Origin: an uncultured Anaerolineales bacterium
GTDB taxonomy: Bacteria > Chloroflexota > Anaerolineae > B4-G1
Length of the DNA stretch: 44,896 bases
Reading direction: 5' to 3'
NCBI GenBank assembly: GCA_964412395.1
Contig: CAYPOY010000002.1
Coordinates: forward strand, 1-44,896
A program made the position numbers and the translations under genes. The stretch's first letter is position 1. Each line of letters starts with the position of its first letter. This document shows positions 9,819 to 18,200 of the stretch, piece by piece. The notes beneath the pieces are model-generated. The model was given only the letters and a program-made list of their open reading frames with translations. It was not told the DNA's origin and searched no databases.

Positions 9819-9867
9819 GTTCGTCATTCATCATTCGGCACTCGCCATTCGCTATTCTCTATTCGCC
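9819..9867. repeat. Seven degenerate heptamer repeats (ATTCGCC-like) in the 5' region of the PHP gene
   Basis: Units gttcgtc, attcatc, attcggc, actcgcc, attcgct, attctct, attcgcc. A small palindrome GTCGCT-T-AGCGAC lies next to them at 9802-9814. Confidence 0.75.
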
Positions 9868-9940
9868 ATCTGCAGATAAGGTATTCTCTCCATTCGGCCC
9901 GGCTTGTCAAGTCCCTTGTCCACAACTCCACAGCAGGCAT

Positions 9941-9969
9941 TTTGCTTTCCAGCGCTGTTGTGCTACACT
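9941..9969 (+). promoter_or_regulatory. Candidate sigma70-type promoter (extended -10 TGcTACACT) for the NACHT/TPR cluster
   Basis: TG-n-TACACT at 9961-9969 with a weak -35 (TTGCTT, 9942-9947), ~55 bp upstream of ATG 10025 (RBS AAGGAG). Confidence 0.4.
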
Positions 9970-10024
9970 ATCCGCTGCACGGTCGAGCAAGGAAGGATAG
10001 ATGTGATTCCTGAAGGAGCCTGCG

Positions 10025-10522
10025 ATGTCGCAAGAGGAGAAAGCCAACCTGGAAGGTTCCGGCGCGGTGACGCAGGGAGGCGGTGTTGCCGCCGGGGAAA
10101 GAGGTGTTGCCGCCCGCGAGATACACCGATCAACCGTTGTAACTGGCGACCGTAACGTCGTGACGGTCGTCTACCAGGGCGTGGACATCCCCATCCCCTC
10201 ACCCGATGCAGCAGCCCGCCACCGGGCGGCGCTGCGGAAGCAACTGGATGCCAGCGTCCGCAAACGCTGGGGCGGGATGTCAGCCTACATCCAGGAGGAG
10301 GGGGCAACGCTCCCCATCGAGGCCTCCCCCTACCAGACAGGGCGGCTGGGGCCGAGGGAAAACCTGCTGGGGCTGCTCCACACAGCCGACCGGCTCCTGG
10401 TGCTGGGGGAACCCGGCTCTGGCAAGACGGTGGCGCTGGAACGGCTGGCCTGGGAACTGTGCAACGGCTCTGAACCGGCCATCCCGGTGCTGGTGCCGCT
10501 GTTCTGCTACGACGGCACTTGA
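10025..10522 (+). pseudogene. 3'-truncated NACHT/STAND NTPase with an N-terminal Gly/Ala/Val-rich (amyloid-like) motif
   Basis: Walker A 'LLVLGEPGSGKT' and 'IPVLVPL' are typical of NACHT proteins. The ORF stops before Walker B and has no sensor repeats. N-terminal motif: LEGSGAVTQGGGVAAGERGVAAREIHRSTVVTGDRN. Confidence 0.8.
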
Positions 10523-10602
10523 CAGGCTCCGGCGCTATAGCCGTGGGGACCAGCGCAGTCGCGGCAGGGGCCGGCGGAGTGGCCGATCGTGCTCGCTTGT
10601 AG
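10519..10602 (+). pseudogene. Orphan gene 3' end encoding a further copy of the shared motif (LTGSGAIAVGTSAVAAGAGGVA…*)
   Basis: Not in the ORF track. The frame TTG ACA GGC TCC GGC GCT ATA GCC… TAG aligns codon by codon with the caspase C-terminal motif at 13851-13916. Confidence 0.7.
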
Positions 10603-10611
10603 GGAGAAACT

Positions 10612-12087
10612 GTGACTATGCCTGATAAAAACTCCAGTACGTCTACACAATCTGAGGAAACCCACCGCGAAGAAACTATCGTCAGTGATGTGAAAGATGC
10701 CGCAGTTGCGGTCGGGAAACAGGCCGCTGCTGCCACCAAAGGAGGCATTGCCATCAGTGGCAACGTCGGTGGGGATCTCGTCATCTCTGTCGGAAGCACC
10801 CAGGTTGCTATCCCACGTTTTGTGCAGATCGTGCTTGGCGTCATCGTGCTCGGTGTTCTCCTCTTGGTTGGGGCTCGAGCCTTCGATGCTTACAACGCCT
10901 CTCGTCCTACACCTATAGCACCAATGACGGGTGATTTCAACGTCGCTGTGGCCCAGTTCCAGGTTTATGGCGAGGGCGAGGAGGAATTTGAGGAAGCACA
11001 GGAGTTGGCGCTGGGACTTGCTAATGCTATCGAGCGAGAGATTGATGACCTGGCAGACGAGATTGATGACACCATCCAAATTCGATTTCCTCAAGAGACA
11101 AGAACCATTCAGGGCAGAACCGACGCGGGACGGGCGGAAAATGCCCGCGCACTAGCCGAGGAGATCAACGCCGATATTGTCATATACGGGGTGGTAGAGG
11201 TGAGTGGCCTCACTGCTGTAATCAGACCCGAGTTCTATATCGGCGATAGTGATTTTATGCTAGGCGCTGAGGTAACCGGCCAGTATCGAATGGGACGTGA
11301 GATACAACTGGACAAAATTGACAATAGAACTCTGAGGAATGACGTGGAAGAGATACTGAAGAAACGATTCCGCGTTCTGACCCTTCTAGTCAATGGTCTG
11401 TCTGATTATGTGGTCGGCGAGTACGGAGACGCCGAAACGAGTTTCAATAGAGCCCTGGAGATTGAGGCGTGGGACACCCCTGATGTCATCTACGTTTTGC
11501 TGGGCAACGCCACCATTCAACAGCACGAGTTAGAGAAGGCCAAGGAATACTTCTCAAAAGCTCTGGATGCAAATCCGGACTATGCGCGCGCCTACGCTGG
11601 GCTGGCGACTGTATTTCTCCAGCAGGCCACACCGGACATTCAGAGTGGAACCTATGACTTTGATGTTCAACTTCTTGATAAAGCCTTTGACCATTACCAG
11701 AAAGCTTTGAACAGCGAGGAGCAATCGCCCCTGGCCGACATTCCCACGAAAGTCAGTTTTGGCGTGGGGGATGTTTACATACGCAAAGCCCTGGTTGAAG
11801 AAGCGGCTGGCAATGACGAAGCAAAGGAACAATACTACAGCTTGGCCGGGCAGGCTTATCAATCTGTCATTCAGGATTACGAGGCAGGAAATGAACGGCT
11901 GCAGGAGATAGCCGCGCACGCACATGCTCGCCTAGGGTTGATTCTTGCTCAGAATGGTCAACTGGAGGCAGCTATTGCTGAGTATGAACAGGCGCTCAAT
12001 CTCCTACCCAAGTATGGTCAGAGTAAGGAGTACAGAGCTCTCTACCAGGAAATACTGGACGAACTCAGAGGAACAACTTCAGAATAA
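10612..12087 (+). CDS. Single-pass membrane TPR protein: N-terminal shared motif, TM helix, TolB-N/CsgG-like alpha/beta segment, TPR array
   Basis: Motif AAVAVGKQAAAATKGGIAISGNVGGDLVISVG (aa 30-61) and TM 'FVQIVLGVIVLGVLLLVGA'. Then 'FNVAVAQF…ADIVIYGVV' and TPRs 'AKEYFSKALDANPDYARAYAGLA' and 'AIAEYEQALNLLP'. Confidence 0.85.
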   Translation: MTMPDKNSSTSTQSEETHREETIVSDVKDAAVAVGKQAAAATKGGIAISGNVGGDLVISVGSTQVAIPRFVQIVLGVIVLGVLLLVGARAFDAYNASRPTPIAPMTGDFNVAVAQFQVYGEGEEEFEEAQELALGLANAIEREIDDLADEIDDTIQIRFPQETRTIQGRTDAGRAENARALAEEINADIVIYGVVEVSGLTAVIRPEFYIGDSDFMLGAEVTGQYRMGREIQLDKIDNRTLRNDVEEILKKRFRVLTLLVNGLSDYVVGEYGDAETSFNRALEIEAWDTPDVIYVLLGNATIQQHELEKAKEYFSKALDANPDYARAYAGLATVFLQQATPDIQSGTYDFDVQLLDKAFDHYQKALNSEEQSPLADIPTKVSFGVGDVYIRKALVEEAAGNDEAKEQYYSLAGQAYQSVIQDYEAGNERLQEIAAHAHARLGLILAQNGQLEAAIAEYEQALNLLPKYGQSKEYRALYQEILDELRGTTSE

Positions 12088-12099
12088 AGGAGGCATCAG

Positions 12100-12717
12100 A
12101 TGTCAAGACAGACTTTTCTAGCTGTTTGCATCATTGGGCTGGCGTTGGGACTCGTGCTGATTCACAGCGGTATCTCATCTGCCGCCCGAGCACTTGCTGT
12201 TCCCGGACCCAGCTCAGCGCCTGGCGCGATGTTGGGAAGCGTTGCCGGCACCGGCAAGGAGCCCGAGCCTGTTAGCGAGAATGTGCTTATTGCCACTCCA
12301 ACACCGACATGGAGACGGTACCACATCTATGGGCAAAGATCATATTACCTCATCATCAGGCAGCTTGCGTATACTATAACGGCCAGCGAGAACGATGTGT
12401 GGGAATTGATCAGCATGCCCATAGTACTGCTTGTATTACTCGCGATACAGATTCTGAGGACGTCAATCCTTGGCCGATTTGAGATCGAGACACCGATCTG
12501 GAAGCGACTTCTCAAATGGATCGTCATGTACGGTGTGACCATTACCGTTGCTTTCTGTTTCGCTCTTGGTTTGTGGCCCCTTGTGTTCCCGGTTGGATGG
12601 ACTGTGCTGGACACTGTGAGGCATCTCGTTTTCTGTCGCAGAGAGGGAATTCATCCGATCTATGCAACACCGAGAAAGAAACTCTACGAACTCAAGGGAT
12701 GGGAATGGCCAGAATAG
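12100..12717 (+). CDS. Hypothetical membrane protein (signal peptide + two TM helices)
   Basis: RBS AAGGAGG just after the TPR stop, an N-terminal hydrophobic signal and two further hydrophobic segments. Confidence 0.65.
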   Translation: MSRQTFLAVCIIGLALGLVLIHSGISSAARALAVPGPSSAPGAMLGSVAGTGKEPEPVSENVLIATPTPTWRRYHIYGQRSYYLIIRQLAYTITASENDVWELISMPIVLLVLLAIQILRTSILGRFEIETPIWKRLLKWIVMYGVTITVAFCFALGLWPLVFPVGWTVLDTVRHLVFCRREGIHPIYATPRKKLYELKGWEWPE

Positions 12718-12808
12718 TCAAGGGTGATGTCACCGTTGTCATCCGCGAGCAGTCCGTGGGCGCGTCCACTCTGGACTCTGAAACTCTGAGGCTCTGCCCC
12801 CTGGACGC

Positions 12809-12880
12809 GCCTGTCCTGAGCGTAACCGAGGGACGCAGTGCGGTCGCGAGCAAATTGTAGGACAAGTTGGCAACTTGTCC
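12809..12880. repeat. Intergenic REP cluster: inverted CCTTCG…GCTCAGGACAGGC-family unit and a GTAG-type REP (GTAG + GGACAAGTTG-G-CAACTTGTCC)
   Basis: 12809-12833 is GCCTGTCCTGAGCGTAACCGAGGGA. At 12857-12880 a GTAG tetranucleotide overlaps a perfect 10-bp palindrome. Short ACTCTG repeats lie at ~12769-12797. Confidence 0.7.
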
Positions 12881-12923
12881 CCAACACAAGGAAGGGTGCG
12901 CATATCATACGAAGGAGGTCAAC

Positions 12924-14051
12924 GTGACTGAGCAATTTGCGAACGGTTACGCACTACTCATTGGCGTAGACGAGAACTATGTGGACGGATGGGCTTTGCC
13001 AGACATGGCGAAGGACGTCGAAGCACTGAAAGCGGTACTTGCCCATCCCCAACGATGTGCTTATCCTGAGGACAACGTCAGAACGATCACGGGCCAGGAT
13101 GCCACCCGCCAGGGTATCCTGGACGGGCTGGAGTGGCTGCAAGAGCAGATCCAGGCCGACACCAGCGGCAATGCCACGGCCATCGTCTACTACACGGGAC
13201 ACGGTTGGTGCCAGGGGCAATCCGTACCGTCCGAGTTCTACCTTATCCCCTACGACGTGAGGGAAGGCAAGATCAGGTCACGCGCCCTGCGGGCCACAGA
13301 CTTCGCCGAAGCGGTGGGCGAACTGAAACCTCGCCGCCTGTTGGTGGTGCTCGACTGTTGCCACGCCGGCGGGATGGGTGTGAAAGGGTTGCCGCTGCCG
13401 GCCGGGTACATCGAGGCGGCCATAGCGCCCTCGCTGCTGATGGAGGGAGAGAAATCCGTCGGGCCAGGGGCAAAAGGACTGGAGACGTTGGCGTTGGGAA
13501 GTGGCCGCGCCGTGCTCAGTTCCTCGACCGGGGAGCAGAGTTCCTACATACGCCAGGATCGTAAGATGAGCATTTTCACCTATCACCTGATCGAGGCGCT
13601 CACCGGCCACGCGCAGCCGCAGGAGGGAGCGACCGAGGTGCTCGTCTCCGACGTGATGGGCCACGTCTGGCGGCGCGTGCCGCGGAGCGCCAGGGTCCTG
13701 GGAGTAGAGCAAGTACCGGATTTCCAGGTCAGCGGCAACTTTCCCGTCGCGCTGCTGCTGGGCGGCAAAGGTCTGAGCAAGGGACAGCCAGCGCCCGATC
13801 CACTGGAAACTCTCATTGCCACGACGCCCCGCCCCGTCTACCAGGCCACGTTGATGGGCAACGGCGCTATCGCCCAGGGTGAAGGAGCGGTGGCGGCAGG
13901 GGCGGGCGGGGTGGCCATCGGCGGCAGCGTGCAGGGCAGCGTCATCGTCACTGGCGATGGCACGGGAGCACCATCTGGGCTGTCGCCTGGCCTGGCGAAA
14001 GGAAGACGAAAGGAAAAAGGACAGATTGGGAGGTTTGGATTCGAAAGCTGA
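12924..14051 (+). CDS. Caspase-family (peptidase C14) protease with a C-terminal shared Gly/Ala/Val-rich motif
   Basis: 'YALLIGVD', catalytic 'YYTGHG' and 'LDCCHAG', 'GRAVLSSS…S…SIFTYHLIEAL', 'EQVP'. The start is GTG 12924 after RBS AAGGAGG. C-terminal motif: YQATLMGNGAIAQGEGAVAAGAGGVAIGGSVQGSVIVTGDG. Confidence 0.9.
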   Translation: MTEQFANGYALLIGVDENYVDGWALPDMAKDVEALKAVLAHPQRCAYPEDNVRTITGQDATRQGILDGLEWLQEQIQADTSGNATAIVYYTGHGWCQGQSVPSEFYLIPYDVREGKIRSRALRATDFAEAVGELKPRRLLVVLDCCHAGGMGVKGLPLPAGYIEAAIAPSLLMEGEKSVGPGAKGLETLALGSGRAVLSSSTGEQSSYIRQDRKMSIFTYHLIEALTGHAQPQEGATEVLVSDVMGHVWRRVPRSARVLGVEQVPDFQVSGNFPVALLLGGKGLSKGQPAPDPLETLIATTPRPVYQATLMGNGAIAQGEGAVAAGAGGVAIGGSVQGSVIVTGDGTGAPSGLSPGLAKGRRKEKGQIGRFGFES

Positions 14052-14189
14052 CGCCAGATGACCCGCATTTGGCACGCTTCATCCACCCCGTTGATGGGGA
14101 AGATAACCGGAAACCGGACTGCCGTTCGATCTGTCAATAGGAGTGGGCGCCTTGGGGAACGGGCTACTCTCAAAAACGAGGCGTCTACC

Positions 14190-14909
14190 TCAGTGATAGT
14201 ATGCTTGGGGCTGACCTCTTCCCTGCCCAACGCATTCCTCTGCTAGCCAGTAGTAGCCGTGATGCAGGCCACTCAGCACCGGGCGAGATGAGAGCTTCCC
14301 ATTGACCGGCGGTGTTTCTAACCGCTCTGGTCGGCATGGAATGCCCTGCTCAATGCCCTGGTGCGGTCGGGCACGGTTGAAGTAGGCCATATACTCCTTC
14401 ACCACTCGGTACAGATGCCGTTCGCTGAGAATCAGGATGAGGTCGAGGCACTCTAGTTCTCCGCGAATGCGCTCTACTCCCCAAGTGAGATTCTCCTTGA
14501 CTATTCGCTTGATCAACGCCACAATGTCGTCTATCAACGGCGGTCGGCCTTGCTTTCGCTTGGACTTGGACTTGTGCTTCCACACCCGCCGAAACAAGTC
14601 GCGATGCCAGCGCAAGACGGTGTCAGGCTGGACGATGACCAATGCTTGCCTCCACGTGCGCAACTTGCTTGCCCAAAGCACGAACAGCGCCCGGTCGCGC
14701 CAGGTGAGTTTCGGACGTTTGGTTTGGCGCTCAAGCACGATCAGTTGCTGACGCAGGAGAGCGTTTTCCAGCACCAGTTCCGACTTGCTGCGGGTCAGGT
14801 CCAGAGCTGTGTTCAGGATCAGAGTGTGATTGTTGGGTTTTGTCCATTGGCGGAAGCGCCGCTTGACAATCTGGCAGAGAAGCTGTACACTTTGTCGGAG
14901 AAAGCTCAT
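14190..14909 (-). mobile_element. Internally deleted integrase-core (rve-type DDE) transposase remnant
   Basis: The N-terminal part 'SELVLENALLRQQLIVL…QPDTVLRWHR…GRPP…ENLTWGVERIRGEL' is joined directly to the C-terminal part 'ECLD…YFNRARPHQGI…LSGLHHGY'. The catalytic core between them is missing (junction ~14453). A possible element end lies at ~14985-15008. Confidence 0.8.
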
Positions 14910-15086
14910 GGCCTACCTTTCCGGTTAGGATTTCGAGGCCATGATTCTATCACAGAATGGGGTTGTTGCACACAGTTCTAGAACGGATGTGCTTTTCGGC
15001 CAGGACAGGGGATACCAGTCGAGGTTACCAGCGGGAAGTGCAGGAAGTATAGCAAGGTAGAATTTGCCACGCTGTGTGCGTGCGCA

Positions 15087-15112
15087 CAAAACCCCCAGCA
15101 CGAAGGCTGGGG
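15087..15112 (-). terminator. Rho-independent terminator of the minus-strand defence operon
   Basis: Stem CCCCAGC (15093-15099) / GCTGGGG (15106-15112) with a 6-nt loop, followed on the minus strand by GTTTTGTG, ~110 bp after the helicase stop. Confidence 0.65.
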
Positions 15113-15223
15113 ATTCTGTTCACTCCAGGAGTTACCGCTTGAGCGTCTCCACTGTCACAGCGGCACAGCCTCGGACGTCAGATCCCACGCACAATTGGTC
15201 AGGTGATGGGCCGCCAGCAAAGG

Positions 15224-18200
15224 CTACAACAACGACGCCTGTACAACAACGTCCGGTGGACCCTGAGAAGGTTCCTCCTGATCTGGGGTGCTTGTCAGCA
15301 GGCCCACCAGCCGGGTTGCCTTGTCCCGCAGCACCACGAACCGGCGTCTGAGGGCTTCCCGCGATTGCCCCTGCACCGCCGCATAGAATGGGTCCGTGGG
15401 GCCGGGCCGCAGACCATCCACGTTGACCAGCCTGAGCAACGGCGCAAAGGGGTAACCGTGACGCCTGAGCCCGGTCACTGCTTCCTCGGTGAAGGCTACA
15501 GGCAATGCTTCTTCCGCGAACAATTCGGGCTGCTGCCCCAATGCCAGTTCCACCAACGCCGCCCGGAGTAGTGTCTGGCGGGCCTGCTCCTCCAGCGCCA
15601 GGCGCTCCGCCCGCTGCCGGACCGCCACCACCTGCATCTGTTGCTGCAACAGTGCCGCGTGCTCTCGCTCAAAGTCATCACGTGCTGCTGCTATGGCCTC
15701 TTCCGACCAGGCGACGCTCGGCTTCGCAGCATAGGCCACTTCAAGGTCCGTCACCCGCTCGATTCGCTGCGGGCGGCTCCCGGTGTCGAGGGCGTAGTAG
15801 GCACAAAGGGGCAGTGGCCCTTCTGCCTGGCAACGCAGTATAGGCCCTGCAGAGTCCACGGCCGGCTCCGGCACGGCCCTCAGCAATCCTGTCAGCAACT
15901 CGTTCCCATACGTGAGTAGCCGCAAGGTGTTGGGATGAGCGTCAAACAGGGCCGCGTCGAAAGTCACGGCTATATCGTCCTCGCCGGTGCGCAGCCAGTA
16001 GGCCCGCTCAAATTCGGGATGAGGTTGGAAACGCCCGGCCGAAGAGGGGGACTGCGTGAGCGTGAGTACCCGCTTCAGGTCGTCCAGAGTGACGGGTGAA
16101 GCGGCCTCCAGCAGCGGTTCGCCAGCGACGAGGTATCGATCCAGGTCGAACCCCTCGACCTGGCGGGCGTCTGACGCCTCCCGCAGTTGGTCCAACTCTC
16201 GCGCCAAAACCCGCTCTCGCTCGGCCCCTGGTGTCATGGCCACCGTCTGGATGGCCCGGCCCATCCAGGCCAGGATCGGCTGCAATTCGCCGACGATCTC
16301 TTCGAACCACCCGATGCGGTCCTCCAGCGCCTGGTAGACCCTGGCCTCGACGGTGTCTTCGTAGAAGTAGTGGCGGATCCAGACCTCGCCGTGCACCTGA
16401 CCGATGCGGTCAATGCGGCCGATGCGCTGTTCTACCCGCATGGGGTTCCAGGGCATGTCGTAGTTGATGAGCACGCCGCAGGTCTGCAGGTTCAGCCCCT
16501 CGCTGGCTGCCTCGGTGCCGAGCAATATCTTGATCGCTTCGCCCTGCTGGAAGGCGTTCTTGATTGCCTCTTTGGTGGTCGTCACCCAGGCGATGCCGTT
16601 CCATACCTCGCCGCCCCGCCCGCTGTAGCAGGCCACCTGCCCCCCGTAGACCTGTCGCAGTTGCTCACGTAGGAAGTCCATCGTGTCGGTGTACTGGGTG
16701 AAGATGATGACCGTGTCTCGCTGCCTAAAGATCTCGTCCAAATCGGCCAGCAGCCGCTCCACTTTGGAGTCGTTGCCGCTGAGCCGGCCGAGTTCGGCCA
16801 GGAAGTCCTCGACGTACTCAATCTCGTCTCGAAAGCGGGAGCGGCCTTCCTCGTCCAGCAGTTCGGTGACGTCGGCGCTCAGGTCTTCCTGCTCCAGGTC
16901 ATCCTCGTCCAGGCCAGCCGGCGTACCCGCCACAGCACGGCCCCGCAGGAAGTCCAGGCGGCGCTCCAGGCTGCGACGCACGGCGTAGAAACTACTGGTC
17001 AGCCGGCGGCGGTAGACGGTCATGACGAACCCCAACCCCTTGCGCTCCTCCTCGTACTTGCGGTAGAACTGGCTGATGTATTCCTCGATGCGACGGTACA
17101 GGTTCTGCTCCTCGTCCCGCATCGAGATCCAGACTGGCCTGGGGTCACGGCGGGGTATGGTGGCTTTGATGATGCCTTGCCGTGCGTACTCCCGGAGCAA
17201 ACGGCGGGTGCTGCGGAAGAGATAGCGGCGCAGCGGTGTGTGCCGCCGGGCCATCTCCACTGCCAGGGAGCAGGTCTGCGGCGACAGGTTCTTGAGACTG
17301 GTACCCTGGGTTGAAGCCAGCAGCTTGAGGCGCTGCCAATCAACCAGGCCAAGTTGGGCCTCTGCTTGCCGGGCGAAGGCGGGGTCGAGTTCGCCACCTG
17401 TCTCCAGGAAGTCGCGCACCATGCCGAAGACAAAGTCCCAGTCCGCGTCATCGTCAGGCCGGCGCAGTTCGCGGAAGAAGCGCAGGAAGTTGCTGTCGTT
17501 GGCGCCCCAGCGGCCGCCCAGGCCGAGTACCCGCAGCAGGTCCCACACCTCCAGCGGGTGCACCTGCATAGGGGTGGCGGTCATCAGAAGCAAGCCCTGG
17601 GTGCGATCCTTCAGCCCGGTCAGCAGTTCGAGCAACCGATTGGGCCGGTAGCGGTTAGTCAGAAAGTCCTTGCGACGGGCGTGGTGTGCCTCGTCCACGA
17701 TGACCAGGTCCCACCGGCGGGCCGCCAAGAGATCCGGCTGGCGCTCGCGCCGTTTGGCCAATTGACTGGAGGCAATGAAGATGTCCTCAGCGTCCCAGGG
17801 ATTCGGAACATCCGGTGTGTGCTCCTGGCCGAACACGTCGCGGAAGGTGTGGCCATCGAAGAAGAGGACGTTGAGGGCGAACTTTTCGTACAGTTCCTCC
17901 TGCCACTGGCGGCAGACGGATTTTGGGGCCAGGATCAGGCAGCGGCGGACGCGGCCCGAGAGGATGAGTTGGCGCAACACCAGCCCGGCTTCGATGGTCT
18001 TGCCCAGTCCGACCTCGTCGCAGAGCAGGAAACGCTCTGGGAAGCGGGCGACGATGGTGCTGGCGATGCAGGCCTGATGGGGCCACGGGGTGAGGGCACT
18101 GGTGGCCGCGCCCAGCCAGCGAGCGTTGAGGAGGCGAGGGGCATCGCGCAGGAATTGGAAGAGGACGCGCTCGCGCTGGAGTTCGTCTGTGGTGACAAAG

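Noticed and set aside
113-14051. Functional link between the two clan-CD His/Cys proteases (C25 and C14)
   Set aside because: The C25 protein is exported, lacks the shared motif and is separated by an unrelated, oppositely oriented gene. Proximity alone is not evidence.
13959-14051. Caspase tail after the motif (GTGAPSGLSPGLAKGRRKEK…) as a functional domain or IS end
   Set aside because: It looks like read-through into foreign sequence next to the IS remnant. Its similarity to the putative IS end at ~14985-15008 is too weak to call a TIR.
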